Part shown: positions 45,065 through 59,876 of the stretch, one piece after another | How the letters are laid out: every line of letters starts with the position of its first letter | Numbering within the stretch: the stretch's first letter is position 1 | DNA from: Eledone cirrhosa | Taxonomy: Eukaryota | Assembly (NCBI GenBank): GCA_964016885.1 | Contig: OZ024742.1 | Location: 205,468,001 to 205,532,000 of the forward strand | Reading direction: 5' to 3' | Length of the DNA: 64,000 nt | Position numbers and translations under genes: made by a program | Notes under the pieces: generated by a model | Told to the model about the DNA's origin: nothing | Databases searched by the model: none | What the model saw: only the letters and a program-made list of their open reading frames with translations

Positions 45065-47717
45065 ATCATCATCATCATCATTTTACGTCCGCTTTTCCCT
45101 GCTTGCAAGGGTGGGACGGGTCTTATTCAGCACAGCATCTTTCCACTCGTCACGGTCCCTCGTCATCTCCACCATGAGCTTCAATGATCTGAGGTCTGTT
45201 CTCACCACCTCCGCCCATATTTTTCATGGTCTACCTCTACCGCGTCTTCCTTCAACTAGCAATTCCTGGCACTTCTTCACCCATCGGTCATCCTCCATGC
45301 GCATCACATGTCCATACAACTTCAGTCTCCACTCCCGTACACTACATTCTATCCCTCTCAGACACAGTTTCTCTCTCAACACATTTATGCTGGGTCGTTC
45401 ACGCACATCCAACAGAGCATGCTTGCCTCATTTCTCTCCAGCCGTCGCATATCCTCTGCAGTTGCTGCCCATGTCTCACTACCATGCAGCATCGCGCTCC
45501 TCACACAGGCATCATACAACCGGCCTTTCGTACGCAGGGAGAAACCCTTCTTCGTCAACAGAAGAAGCAGCTCCCTAAACTTCTTCCAACCCGTCCTTAT
45601 TCTAGATACTATGGCCTCGGAACACCCTCCTCCCTTGCTAATCTGATCTACTAGGTACCGGAAGCTATCCACCACTTCTATAGCGCCCTCCTGCATTTGA
45701 AAAATGTGTCTATCAATGCGACTTCTACTGTCTAATTTCCCTGTACATCTACTGCATACATATTTCTCTCTACCTGTTAGTTTGCCTGCTATCCCGCTAC
45801 ATCTCTTGTGTACCCAGGATCTGCATTGTGTGCATTTTATAGAATTTATGCCAGTTCCTTTTCTGCATATCGAACATGGCCATTTCCCTGACGGAATCAG
45901 GGTTTTGTCCTCTTTCTACTCATCAACACTTTTGTCTTAGCTAGATTCACTCTCAGTCCTCTTGCTTCCAACTGCTGTTTCCATAGCCAGAATTTATTCT
46001 CCAGCTCCTCTACTGATTCTGCTATAAGAACCAGATCATCAGCATAGAGAAGTTCCCATGGACAGCCAGTCTTAAACTCCTCTGTTATGGCTTGGAGGAC
46101 TATAATGAACAAGAGGGGGCTGAAGACCGAGCCCTGATGTACTCCTACTTGTATCTGGAATTCCTCACTAAACTCCATTCCTACCCTGACTTTACTGAGA
46201 GTACCTCTGTACAAAGTTTGCACTGTCCTCACAAGCCATTCCTCAACACCTAGCTTCCTTAGGGACCACCAGATGACAGATCGGGGTACCCTATCAAAGG
46301 CCTTCTCTAGGTCAACAAAGGCTAAGTATAGTGGCTTATTCTTCTCTAAGAACCTCTCTTGCAATTGTCTCACCAAGATGAGAGCATCTGTTGTACTCTT
46401 CCCAGGCACAAAACCAAACTGCATCTCATCTAGTTTGACCCTTTCTCTAATTAGTTGTGCTAAAATCCTTTCTGCCACTTTCATAACCTGATCTATCAGT
46501 TTTATACCCCTATAATTGCTCCTCTCCAAAGCATCCCCTTTACCTTTGTAGCAATTTATGAGAATACTGCTGCACCAGTCTTTGGGTATGACACCACCAA
46601 ATATAGCCTGATTGATGATGCGTGCAACCAGTTTAGTGCCTACGTCCCCTGATGCCTTCAGCATCTCAGCAACTATTCCTGATGGACCGGCAGCCTTACC
46701 ATTTTTCATTTCCCTAATCGCCTCTTGGACCCTATATTCGTCAATCTCAATAGCTGGTCCCTCTGTCGGATCTACCAAGGGTAATTTCTCTCTCTCCCAT
46801 TTGTTCTCCACATTCATCAGTCTCTCATAATGACATTTCCAGGCCTCCTTTTTCTGATCATTCGTGACACTAAGTACACCAGCATCATCCCGGACACATT
46901 TATCTCCAACAACATCCTGATTCGCATTGACACACTGCCTTGCAATGTGGAACACCGCACGCCTCTGATCTTCCCGTCGCAGAACATTGGCAAACCTCCT
47001 ACTCTCTGCCTCCCTGCGTGCTAAGTACACCTGACGTCTAGCTTCTCTCTTAGTGGCTGTATATTCTTCCCTACTCCCACCCTTTTTCCAAGCCTTCCAT
47101 GCTAGTCTTTTGTCTCTAATAGCCTTATCTACTGTGCTGTTCCACCACCAGGTCACTCTCTGTCTGGTTGGAGCTCTGCTTCAGCCACAAGTTTCATCAG
47201 TAGCCTGCAGCAAGTTGTCACGTAAGAACTTCCAGTTATTATCTATGTCATACGTCTCTAAATTGTCTTCTTTTTCGTCATATACATCTTGAAGGGCTTT
47301 CCTAAATTTGTATTTTAGTGAAAGGTCTTTTAGCTTCCAGACCTTTCTTCTTCACACCTTCCTATATGTCTCATTCCATCTCTTGCTTACTGAGATATCA
47401 CTAACAACTAACCTATGCTGTGGGGTACATTCTTCCCCAGGGTATGCCTTGGTATTAGACACTATCTGCCTGTCCCGCTGCCTAACTAGCAAGAAGTCAA
47501 TCTGGCTTATGTGCTCACCAGATTTGTAGGTTATTAGGTGATTGGCAGGTTTCTGGAAGTTTGTGTTGCAAATAGTCAATGTACCCGTATCACAAAATTC
47601 AAGAAGTCTCACTCCTTCTTCATTTCTTGAACCATAACCGTGCCCACCATGTACCCCAGTGTAACCATCCTGGAGCTGTCCAACATGACCATTGAAGTCT
47701 CCTGCTAGCATAACGAT
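45065..47717 (-). mobile_element. RTE LINE subfamily C with partial AP endonuclease, decayed
   Basis: AGDFNGHVG, QIDFLL, QHRLVVSD (APE); RT 45897-47156; stops/frameshifts; very short 3'UTR. Confidence 0.94.
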
Positions 47718-47757
47718 GTACAAATATATATATATATATACAAATATATATATATAT

Positions 47758-47911
47758 GGAGGCACATGGCTTAGTGGTTAGAGCATTGGCCTTGCAATCG
47801 AAAGGTTGTGAGTTCAATTCTCAGACTGGGTGATGTGTTGTTTCCTTGAGCAAGACACTTTATTTCACATTGCTCCAGTTTACTCAGCTGTAGAAATGAT
47901 GATGATGATGA
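47758..47911 (+). mobile_element. SINE type 1, 3'-shortened but ending in (GAT)n
   Basis: tRNA head and body to GTAGAAATGA, then (TGA)n. Confidence 0.85.
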
Positions 47912-47952
47912 TATATATATATACAAATATACGAATATATATATATGAATAT

Positions 47953-48080
47953 ATGTACTCCTACTTGTATCTGGAATTCCTCACTAAACTCCATTCCTAC
48001 TCTCACTTTACTGACAGCACTTCTGTACATAACTTGCACTGTCCTCACAAGCCATACCTCTACATCTAGTTTCCTTAGAT
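47953..48080 (-). mobile_element. RTE-C RT fragment
   Basis: Homologous to 46137-46263. Confidence 0.8.
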
Positions 48081-48082
48081 TA

Positions 48083-48262
48083 TCGGCAGTGTCGGTAGAG
48101 GGTCGCACATGCTTTCCAGCTTAGTTACGTTCCTTTACGATCTGAGTTCAAATCCCACCGAGGTTAACCTTGCCTTTCATCCATACGGGTCGATAAAAGA
48201 AAGTACCAGTAATGTACTAGGTAATTGCTGGCCTTGTGCCAAAAGTAGAAACAATTATTATT
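48083..48262 (+). mobile_element. tRNA-derived SINE (type 2)
   Basis: Homologous to 19480-19670. Confidence 0.8.
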
Positions 48263-49479
48263 AATATAAAGGTTAATATATTTCCTTCTCCAAGTAACTG
48301 AGCTTAATATAACTAAGTTTATATAAATTAGTTATAGCTAAGTTATAAACTCAGTTTAATAAATAAATTATAAAAAGCCCACCCAGGATTCTTGATTCAA
48401 ACCAGTCAAAATAATTAAAAGGATAAATATTTATTTTCCCATGTACTAATTTGTGTTGATGTTGTTTGTTACAGCTCACATTTATGTAGCTTCAGCTGCC
48501 CTCCACTGAGGCTGCATCTCATGAAAGTTTCTCATATGCTCCTATGATTGGGGCCCCAGTCCTACCTAGTGTGATATATAGCAGTTTCTTAAACCTTTAC
48601 TGATATAAGTGAATGGTTAGTCAGTTCACATTAAGAGAGTGAGAAGCAAGTGTTGCAATGGTCATGCATTTCTCAGGGATGTGAATAATGTAAATGAAAT
48701 AAAGCAGTTTAAAGAGTAATCAAATCACCTACTCATTACATCCTACACTATGGTACTTACCACTCCTCTATATCGTCTAAATTTACAATGGGAAGTAGTT
48801 GGGTCAATATTTTCAAAAATTGCAATCATTCACAAATGATTATTCATTTCCTCTAGTTTAGAATTATAACACCGACATAAAATAATTTATTTAACTCATC
48901 ATTTTACATTTATTTATGAGAGTAAATGAAAATAAATTTAAATAAACGGATGTGGTGGTGACAGATATGTAATCAGGTTTAGGTGATGTTAGTAGTCAAA
49001 AAATAAACTTCATGGTGCAAGCATGTGATCCAAAGCATTTCCTCAGATTTTGATGACAATAACAATAATACATCCAACTGAACATGGCTACTTCGTTTCT
49101 CTCCAGTCTACACTGGCCAAGAACTAAAACATAATAATCCTTTCATTACTACATTGATATACAGTGATTCTAGGGCATTTTAAAAGTTGACAGAGCCTAT
49201 CTCCTCTCCAGTTCTGATTACAGCAGATTTCTTCCAGAGAAGGATAGAGAATGAGTGAATGGAAGTGAGAAAGTGATATAGAAGAAGAATCGACCCCAGG
49301 TTCAGGTAAGTTGCTATTAAAAAGGTTAATATTCTAGATTAAATTAAAATGGTTGTAATTTAAATATTTCCATTTGAGAAAATATATTTATTTGAAGTAC
49401 AATATTATGTATTAATACTAAAAAAAGGTGTGGGGTGGAGTAAGCTTTTATTTATTTATATAATATGGAAAATATAAGT

Positions 49480-49655
49480 AGTTAAAAGCTGAAATGGCAG
49501 GGTGCCAGACAAAATACTTTGTGATACTTATTTATGTCTCTCTACATTCTAAATTCAAATGCTGTTGGAGTTCACTTTAGGGGTTGTTTTAATAAGTATT
49601 AGTCTAGTACTGGAATCAATTCAATCTCTAAGTGATTGTGTGCCAATGTTAAAAG
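49480..49655 (+). mobile_element. Old, degraded SINE (type 2-like)
   Basis: TCTCTACATTCTAAATTCAAAT..AATAAGTA..TACTGG..TTGTGTGCCAA remnants. Confidence 0.45.
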
Positions 49656-50368
49656 CTCTCTCTTTCTCTCTCCACTGCCATGATTATATTTACAAATTCC
49701 CCTTTAGCAATGAACAGGCTTGGACTGAAAAGCAAATTTCTCAACATATTTTTTCTTAAACAGAATATTTTGAAGCAGATTACAGAAAGCCAATGTGAGC
49801 CCCATAAAAAGAAGAAAAAAAACTAGTGGAAATTGAACCCAAATCACCTTCATTATCACAACTTTTTTTTTTAAATTTCATTTGGCTTCATTCATTTGCA
49901 CAAAAACAGTCTAAAAAATAGTTTAAACACACACATGCACGGAAATCCCTATAATTAGTATGCTACAAAAATAAATTAAGTAGTATACTTCATTTGTATG
50001 AGTCATTATAGAATAAAAAATAAAGTGTTCAGTATATTATAAAGAAAGCAAATAAAAACTGAAGGTATTAATAACTTTTGATCTTTTTCTATTAGTTGAG
50101 TGGTATAGATGTACTACATTAATCTTTAGAAATAGATGTACTACATTAATCTTTAGAATGATTCGTGTAATTTGAGGTGAGGAGGATATAATTTAACAGT
50201 TTGAGTATTGATTCACCATAATTGTAATAAATATTAACTTGATTGATAAAATATCTTGATCATTTAAACATTTTTTTTTTCATTGACATGGATAAATTAG
50301 ATCAGCACTGAAATCATCTTTTTATAATGTATGCAATATTGTGTAACACATTTTATCTATTATATATA

Positions 50369-51230
50369 CTAGCTGACGTACCCAGCTTCGCCCGGGTAAA
50401 CAGATGATAAGAGAAGACAGGTAAAAGAGAAAATGACTGAATTGGATGTTTGTCTGGTTACAGTATGAGGCGAGTCCGTGGTGTCTGTGTGATACAAAAA
50501 ACAGTAAAAAAAATCTTCTAGATATACCAGATTCTTCGTTCTACCGTTTGTGCATAGTATATGAACAATTCTAGCTGCTCCCACCTAGAATAGTGACCTC
50601 TAGGAGATGGTTCATCTTCTGCCTGACTGTAAAACGTGTATCATTGCATAGACGTGGTTGTTCCACGTTTTTCAAAAGGATAATGGAAGTTCCAATCTTC
50701 TATATCATATGTATATAGATAATTAATATAAAAGATGTCCGTCAATGTAAAAAAAGGTCCCTATTTACTCCCTTCACAACTCTGTATGTTAGACTAACAG
50801 ACAGGCACACAGACAGATAAACTGCGTGGCGATTGTGGGATGCCGCACATACACACATGGAAACGCGCACACGCACGCAAACTTATACACACGCACACTC
50901 ACACGATAGTTTTTACTTTCTGTGGAACGCTGCACGCACACACAAACATACGCGCACGTACATACACACGCACACATGTTAATAGTTATTGCTTTCCTTC
51001 CCCTCTTATTTCCACACACACATATCTCTACACTGACACATATACATAGTGTATCCAAACACAGCGTTCACTTTGCCTCTCTCTCCCCTCTCCCTCCCTC
51101 ATTGGCATTATGCATATTAATTTAAGTTTGGCGTCGTTGAGGTGGGCGGAGTCGTTTGAAACCTATGAACCAATGATAATCGAGAATTATGACACACGGA
51201 ATAATGACATTGTTGAAATTAATATATAGA
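50369..51230 (-). mobile_element. Non-autonomous Helitron (different family)
   Basis: A|TCTATATATTAATTTC 5' end, ACCCGG-GCGAAG-CTGGGT hairpin, CTAG|T; second TCTATATA start at ~50719. Confidence 0.72.
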
Positions 51231-52428
51231 TTAAGTGTGATCTAAGTATTCATCTCCAGTTTCTTTGATCTGCTTTTACACATAGAAGATCAATAAAATT
51301 AGATTAGAGTCCATCAAGTATTTTGTTGCTACAGGAAGAAAGCCTGTTTGCCATAAGGATGATGAGAAATGTAAGTTTAGGACATTTGGCCAGCATGGCC
51401 TCAATAATTGGACAATGAGCGCAAACCTTGACAGAATTTACACATACATTATTACTTTCTGGAGAATGTCTTTCATGTATGCAGCAAAAACATCTGAGCC
51501 AGCCATATTTCGTCAGCATGTGTACCAACGAAAGAAATCTACTCTGTGGTCTCAGATGGATAACAGTAACTTGGGGCTGTAGGGTATGGTAAACCTCATC
51601 CCTTGGGACTTCAATGTGTCTGACAAGCAGTAATCACTGCTTTTTTATAAACTTGCTGGATGTTGAAGAAGACATTTTGTTGTGTGCTGATAACAACAGT
51701 TGAATCTAACTATACAATTCCTTTGAATTTTACCAAAAATGTTATTCACTAGAATTGGGATCCACAATAGATTTAAACTAAGTTCATAAGTTCAAATCCT
51801 GACAGATAAAGTAAAACGATATGTATCTGGAAATGACTGGAGGCAAATAACAAGCAGTTATGTGGTAGACATATTCTGTGGTCTGGTTTAACACTACCAT
51901 TAAACACTTGGATACCTTTAGTAGAGTATGCACTGTTGCAAGGATTCTAGTCAGGATTCAGGCCTGAGGATAACTTACTTCTTTTCTCCCACCAGTGTCG
52001 GAGGCCATGAAAAAGGTCATAGGTACAACCCTTCCGCCTCTGATTAAGACACGTAAAAAAACTTCATATATAATTCACATTTATTTATCTTTCACCAGCT
52101 TTCTACAATACATACACTTGCCAATATTTGTTTTACACATGGACAAAACATTGTTAATAACATTCACACATGCATGAACAATCCTAGATTGAAGGATGTT
52201 CAAGTAATGAGAAAATAAAAAAAAATAAAATGATGAAAATTCAGATGAAATTTTTAAAATTCCACTGAGGAAATTAGAAAATATTTTACAGAGGAAACAA
52301 AAATCGATGTTAAAAGTAATTTATTTTTAGATCATGAATGTTATCAGATCCTTAATTATAATTAATTAATTATACGACATAGTTGAAAATATTGTTGAAA
52401 TTTATTTTTGTTGAAAATCATTTTTATT

Positions 52429-52618
52429 TTAACCATTACTCTATATATACTATTATATTTTCATGGTAAAGTCCTTACCTCACATAATATTGAATCTACG
52501 GGATTTTGATGTTACAATACCTTAACATCAATATGAGCGGTCAATTACAGCCAGTTTGAACAGAAAGAGATGAGAGAATTTTAGCCGGATAAGGCCAGTT
52601 TAAATGCTAAAGGGTTAA
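52429..52618 (-). mobile_element. piggyBac-like MITE remnant
   Basis: TTAA|CCCTTTAGCATTTAAAC end; homologous inverted copy at 57656-57890. Confidence 0.6.
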
Positions 52619-53879
52619 AGTTACCCATTCCAATAAGTAAATAGAAACAATAAAACTCAAATTTATTGTTAGTCAACCTAGAATCGAAAGGCACATATAT
52701 TTTAATATTTTAAATATAGTGAAACATAGAGTTTAAATGTGAGAGAATAAAAATAAGAGAGAATAAGATTGAGAGGTAAAATTGGAATGTGGGGAAATAA
52801 GGGAATAAAAATGATAATGTGCCTTCATTGTTATTTAGTCTCGTGTGTATTCTTGATATCTGGAAAGCTTCAATAATATATGTTGATATATAAATTGTGA
52901 GAAAGGTCAGAGAATATTCAATTCTGCTGTCATGTCAACAGTTGCTTCAAATTAGCAATATTTTTTCTTTCTTTCTAATAACAACAAACCCATGACTACT
53001 TTGATTGTAAACACACATTCTTTTCATTTTGCTTCATGGACCACCCTGACTAATTCTAAACACTTGAAGAACTCAACAGACTAACGATGAGAAACACATG
53101 CCTACAGACACACATACATATATCCTTTAGCTCTCTCCAATATTTAGAATTAAAAACAGTAAGTGATGTAACCAAGAAAATTCTACGGACGGCGCAATGA
53201 AACCCATTGAAAGCAAACTGGGATCAAAAGCTGTAATTTAGTTTTCTTGGATATAAAAATTTGTTAAGTAGCCTCTTATAAAATACCCATTAAATTCATT
53301 TCACTTCACCCTAACCCTGTGTTGCTCATTTAAGAGAATCCTTGGCCTAAACTTAATATTACAAGTCCTTGTGTAACATGATATTGTAGGAATTTATTCA
53401 ATTTGATGGCTGCACTGGAAGATACATCTATTAATTTCTTACAAAAGTCAAGCTGTCTTATCTAAATTTGACTGACATGTCACAGGTGTGGGTATATAGT
53501 ATTATTTTCAAGTCTGGTTTTTGAATAGGCTCCGTAAGATATGTAAAGGATATGATATTCAAAAAATGCAAGTCAAAGTGTTCAAGAAGTAAGTTGATTA
53601 TACATGCGTCACATATGCATTTGAATGAGGTCATTTATAGTTGACAGCACATATTTTACCTCTATCTCTTTCAACTTGCCTCACACTTGATATCACTTTT
53701 GCTGCTAAATAAACAAATTCTATACAGATAATGTATTTCAACTATTTCTCTTTCACTAATGTTTTCTTCTCTTTTGGAGTTGCAAGTCTGAGTTTTCATT
53801 TAACACATGCATACATATATGTATGTACATGTTTATTAATTATTTTGGATTTAAAACCTCTATCTATATAAGCATAGAA

Positions 53880-54218
53880 TGGTTAGGTGGCTAAGAAGTT
53901 CACATTGCAATCATGTGGTCTTGGGTTATATCCCACTGCATGGTACTTTGGGCAAGAGTTTTCTCCTACTGTTGTGACCCAACAAATATTTCTTGAGTGA
54001 ATTTAGTAAGTACACTTCTATGGAATCCCACCATGTGCCTGTATGTATCCTCTTTTCTCTTCCATAAGCATAAACAGAGATCCTGCTGCTTAATTGTTAG
54101 GCATGCAAAGATATAAAGTTGGCATCAGGAACGGCATCCAGCCATAAAATTCTGCCTCAAAAGTCTTATTCAACCTATACGAATATGAAAAACAGGCTTA
54201 AAACTGATAATGATGATA
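53880..54218 (+). mobile_element. Old tRNA-derived SINE
   Basis: Degraded head..TTGGGCAAG..GTTGGCATCAGGAACGGCATCCAGCC..(GAT)n. Confidence 0.6.
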
Positions 54219-55127
54219 TTGAATGCAAACATTAAAAAAAAATAAAGATAACTATAAAGAAAAATAGTAAAGACCTAACCATTTAACAGATAAACATTTT
54301 TCACTTAATTATAATATTCATTCTAAAAGTGGCAGCTAAATGAGTGATAGGCTGTGAACTTAGCAAAGATCTAACTCACTTTCCTCTACATGTCACCATC
54401 CAATTTTTAATCAATTTGGACTTCAGAGGTGCCTTTCACTAAAATTATCATTAAAACAAATAATTTTTCATTCCATTACGCATGTCATTTTAGTTGGTGA
54501 AGGTTTTGCTCACCACATTACGCTAGCACCTACTCAAGTACCAATTTATATATGCCCCCCTCACTGTACTTGTTTGTCCCGTCTTCCTAACTTAAGAATA
54601 AGTACCATGATGAGATAAAAGTCATTGATGTAAGCAGTAGTAGCACTAAAACAGCTGAACATTTCATTAGTTTGAAATACACAGGCAATCTCATCTGGGG
54701 GTAAAGCCTTCTTAACACTTAACACTTTGAAAATTGAGTTAGGCTGCAGTATACCATTACACATTCTGTTAATGGCTGTGTTTAAAATAAAAAAAGATAT
54801 AGTTAAGAGCTTCAATTTCTAGCCATATTATTTAAATTGGTTAATTTACGTTGCCATATTAAACTCATTTTGTCACAAATCTTTCAAGGAATATAGAGTT
54901 ATTATTAATATTACTGAAAATATTTTCAAATATCTGTCATTTGGTGGATAAGTAATAACATCCAGTTAAAGGATATATAAAACTACAGAAGTATGTAAAA
55001 GATCTAAATACTGCCTTTAGATACAGATTTACAAAATACAGTCAATTCTTTCAGCAATGACTTCTATGTAGTCAAGAATGATTGTTATTGAATAGAATAT
55101 GTGATCATAGGTTTTAAACATTTTTGG

Positions 55128-55334
55128 AAACCCTTTTGATACCAACCTGGCTATAGTCCTATCAAACAAAACAATCCATTAAAATCTTTGAATCTAATTT
55201 TATATGGGAATCATATGTTATGTTACTATCTTAGTAATGAAATAATTAATAATTTTAGTAAGTCCCTCAAAATTCTTCACCAATTAATTGAAATAAAGTA
55301 TATTTCTTTTGAAATACAGTCATGAAATGGTTAA
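55128..55334. mobile_element. Degraded piggyBac-like MITE
   Basis: AACCCTTTTGATACCAAC ... GAAATGGTTAA ends. Confidence 0.4.
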
Positions 55335-57655
55335 AATCCATCAATGTTAAACAATGTATTTAGTTGAAAAGACACACTGTCTGTCTTATGTTACTGTATC
55401 TTGTCATATTACAATACTGAAGAGAATGATCCTGACATTAAAGTACTGAAATCATAGTGATCTCCAGTAGTTAGCTGCTGGATAAGTCTTTTTTTATTGT
55501 CTGTCCTTGTATTTGTTTGTATTTTGAATGTAAAACATCTCTAATATGAAATTTAGTTAATATTAATTATTTCATCATTGCTTTTATTTCTACTTTTCCA
55601 TGCTGGTATGGATTGGATAGGATATTTTGAGGCAATATTTTATTGTTGGACATTCTTCTTGACATCAACCCTTTTAGTCGCTTCATACGACATGTAGATA
55701 TATAGTGTACTTATTCTAAAAACTGGGATTCTTTAAAGAAAAGAAAATCCTTGGTTACTAATTTTTAAACTGAAAATAGCAAAATGTTAAATACAGTAAT
55801 TTAAAAAAAGAATGTGATGACAAAACATTTCAAATGAATTTTTCTGGGTCTTAATAGTTGCCTTTTTGATAATAAATTTAAGCAGAAATAAAACAAAATC
55901 AAATCTTGGTTGAAAGATTGGGGTTTAGGTCATCATTTGAGTTAATTGATTACATATTAGCAATGGCCACAGTTAATTTCATCACTAGTTAGTGATTAAC
56001 CATTCTTAAACACACAAATATATATGCATACACAAAATATTCATTATATACCTACATACACACACAGTTATATGTATTCACATGCACACATAAATAATAT
56101 ACAAGTTTATCAAAAGATATAGATTTAAAATATTTCTCTATTTTGTATTTTTTAGAATAAATGCCATCAACTTTTATCAACTGGACATTGAATTTCAGTG
56201 ATCTCCACCTTTCAGACTATCTGACATCAGTTGTGAAAAATGGCATGGATCAATAAAGGCTGCTAGTAATAATTGGTTGTTAGAATAATCCACATTCTTT
56301 CTGTGTTTTAATTGCTCAAATAATTAAATTAGAGACAAATATTACAATGATTATAAAATAAAATCAACAAAGAAAAACTGTACACAAATATATAGAATAA
56401 CATTAAAATAACATTAAAAATAACATTAAAAAAAATAGTTAAAATATTTCTCTTTGAAAAGCTATAGTTTTCACCAAAATGTATTTTTCTCATGTATTTT
56501 TAAAAAATGTATTCAATTAATGAAGTTCTAGAACAAAACAAAAATAAAGTTAACGAACCATTCATCCTATATTTTTCTGGCATTTCCATTTAATGGAAGG
56601 AAAGATTTTAATCAGAAAATATTTATGTGACAACTGGTTAATATCAATGAAACAAGTTGTAAAATCCAATTATTTGTACAATATAGAAAAATTTCACAGT
56701 TCATGGATGATGACTAATAACAGACTGAGAGAGTAGAGGGAAGAGAGATTTAAAATAACATAGCAACATGGAAGCAATGCTTAAAACACTGCAAACAAAC
56801 AAACAAACAAACAAAAATTACTATTATTAAAGATCAAAGTTGAAGCATAAATTCACATGAGACCATTTCCTATTTTTTATCCAATTGGTTACAGCAATGA
56901 TACTGTTAGGAGCAAATAGAAATTGATTTGAATCCAAGAAATCACTAGGCAAATATAGAGATGACTAAATTAGCATTTTTAACATGTAAAACCATGTTTC
57001 TGTTTTCAATTTTAAGTAGAAAACTACAAAATGTTTTATATGAGACAAACAACTTGCCAACAATAATTTGTGCTTGATTTAGTTGAAAGAAACAAACTAC
57101 TTTCCTAAATGTACTATATTTCACTATAGCAATAGTATTGTTACAAAAGATTATTGGCAAGGTTTCAATTGATATATAAACTGGCACTATTTATACTTTG
57201 TGTAAACATTGCCGTAAACTTAACCCATCATAATAATTCAGCACTACCTACACATTATCTCAGAATTATCTAATATGAGTAGAATTATAAAATGGGTTAG
57301 GGAAATATTAGTATTTCATCTATGTAAAAAGAAAAAATGGAATAGCATTACAAGATTTTAAACAGTCACTGAATCTTTTATAATTCAGCTGATTAAGTGA
57401 AGTAACAGTGATGTTTCCCTATTCTAAAAATGTAATATAATGTGTTAATAGGGAAGCTTTTATATAGTTGCCTGACCTACTAGAAATAGTTGGCAAATCT
57501 CTCTGAAATCACATCTCACCATCTTAAAAAGATACAATGAAACCTAACTAGTCAATGAACTACAATTTTCATAAAAGAATTGCAAGCTTAATGAATATTT
57601 CCTTAATTTGATTGAAATATTCCAGTTACATATTTAGTTTCACTAATTATTATTT

Positions 57656-57890
57656 TTAACCCTTTAGCATCTAAACTGGTTGTATCCGGCCAGAATTCTC
57701 TCACCTCTTTCTGTTCAACCAGCCATAACTGTCCACTCATACTAACGTTAAGGTATTGTTCTCAAAATAAATAATATCAAAATCTCATAGAATCGATATT
57801 ATGTGAGATAATTATGTGGGGTAAAGCCTTTACTGAGAAAATACAATCGTAAATATAGGGTAATGCAGTCCAAAATAGAAAATGGTTTGA
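57656..57890 (+). mobile_element. piggyBac-like MITE remnant
   Basis: TTAA|CCCTTTAGCATCTAAAC; homologous to 52429-52618. Confidence 0.6.
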
Positions 57891-58034
57891 AGTTTTAAAA
57901 ATGCAATAAATACCATATTAAATGTGGCAAATACAGAAATAGATTCTGAGTTTTAAACTCTTGTTAGGGTTCAAAACATCCAGTTAACAAGCATGATTTC
58001 TACTAAATTCATATCAACAATAGTAATGTGCATG

Positions 58035-58603
58035 AAGCATAAACGAATTGAGAGAGAGAGAGAGACTAAGCATAAGAGCTATCAAATGTGTTCTGGAGAG
58101 GAAATTGCGTTGGTATGGCCATGTGATGCATATGAAGGATGACAGCTGTATAAAAAAGTGCAGAGCAATGGAGTGGGTAGACAAAGAAAAACCTGGGACG
58201 AGGTGATAAAAACTGACCTTGCTTGCTTACACCTCTCTAAGACAATGTCACAGGATCGAGATCTTTGGCACCATGCAGTTGTACAGAAGACCCTCTTAAC
58301 CCAATATACATCACACCCCACACACCCTACCCCATCCTCCCATTTCTGTCAACTGTGTCGGTGACACAACAAAAAGCACTCAGTTCACACTGTAGAGTGA
58401 TCGTGTAGGAGACACGGTAAAAAGGCTCCCAGTCCACACTAAGGGTGGTTGGTGTTAGGAAGGGCATCCAGCCATAGAAAACCTGCCAGAGACACTTCTG
58501 TGCGAGCGAGACATGGTCTCCCGACCAATCCCACATCAAATGGAACAAAACCGTCTAACCCATGCTAGCATGGAAGATGGACGTTAAACGATGATGATGA
58601 TGA
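58035..58603 (+). mobile_element. Older RTE (A-related) 3' fragment
   Basis: RWYGHVM..KTWDEVIK..; RTE-A-type terminus and (GAT)n tail. Confidence 0.85.
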
Positions 58604-58987
58604 TTTGAATAAACTTATAATTGTTGATGTTGATATAAATATTTAGTAATTTGTCATACATTTTGAGATTAAATTCATTACTTGATTATGAACAAAATCC
58701 TTTGGATGTATATTAGGATTTGAGGGGGGGGGGGGGGGGGGGGCAGAAAGATACATTGAAATGACACTTTGTATCACATGACTATCATACAAGATAATTC
58801 ACTAAGATATTATTTTTGTTCTATGTTCTTATCATATGTCACATGTTGACCTTATAAATCTAGTGTATGTATGTGTGTATAAATAAAATCACAACAAAAT
58901 AAGGCATTGAAAGAAGTTACTAGGGAGAAAAGATCTATATCATCTAAGCCCCATTGTATGCAAACTGCAGATGACACAGAACAGTAA

Positions 58988-59876
58988 TCATAATCTATAA
59001 AGCTCAGTGTGTGGTCAAGCTCCTTCGTTATAGAAATCTACGATATAGAATTTCTTCAATTGAAATCTACAATCCAGTATTCAAAATAGTTTTGATTGCG
59101 TCTTGACGCAGATAATTTTTTCAATTTCACCCACAATTACGCAAAAAATAGATAAAACTCAATATTTTACGATTTTCCTGTCATTTAAACTGCTAAACTC
59201 TTTCCACTACCATTCAAAATCTATACAACTTCATACTTTCTCTTTCCAAGCTTGATGGTGATACTGTCCATTCACACCACTCCCTACTGTCTTAAATTTA
59301 GAAAACACATATCCTCTATGAGGTTACTAAACCTGCTAGAAACAGAAGCTAACTCTCCCCCATTCACATCCCTCCCTACTGTCTTAAATTTAGAAAACAT
59401 ATCTTCTATGAGGTCACTAAACCTGCTAGAAACAGCAGCTAACTCTCCCCCATATCACACCACTCCCTACTGTCTTAAATTTAGAAAACACATCCTCTAT
59501 GAGGTCACTAAACCTGCTAGAAACAACAGCTAACTCTCCCTCATATCACAACCCTCCCTACTGTCTTGAATTTAGAAAACACATAGACAACCATGCAGAA
59601 CAACTCCATCGCAGCTCTGTTGTTCGGCTGGCATCGTCTACGCGCGTGTTGCGCAAGTACTGTGAAACAATAAATTTCAACACTTTTTTGCACAGAGATA
59701 ATATCCATAGGCGAAACTACAATTGTAACTGCTAGCACAGCTCCTGCTTCGGCAGTCCAGGTCTGCAATTCATTCACCCAGTGCCTGGCAGACAAAAAAG
59801 TGCTGCCATAAAATGGGTGGTGTGACCTAACTTTGGTAACTTAATGACCCCGAGCAACGCCGGGCTTTAATGCTAG
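58988..59876 (+). mobile_element. Non-autonomous Helitron carrying a ~91-bp tandem repeat (59268-59585, ~3.5 units)
   Basis: A|TCATAATCTATAAAG 5' end (alternative start 58934), CCCG-AGCAACGC-CGGG hairpin, CTAG|T. Confidence 0.8.

Noticed and set aside
52429-57890. Two inverted piggyBac-like ends as one 5.4-kb transposon
   Set aside because: The CCCTTT ends face inward, each piece looks like its own MITE, and there is no transposase between them
58723-58743. G21 run, and a 27-bp tandem duplication at 50105-50158
   Set aside because: Isolated simple features with no supporting context
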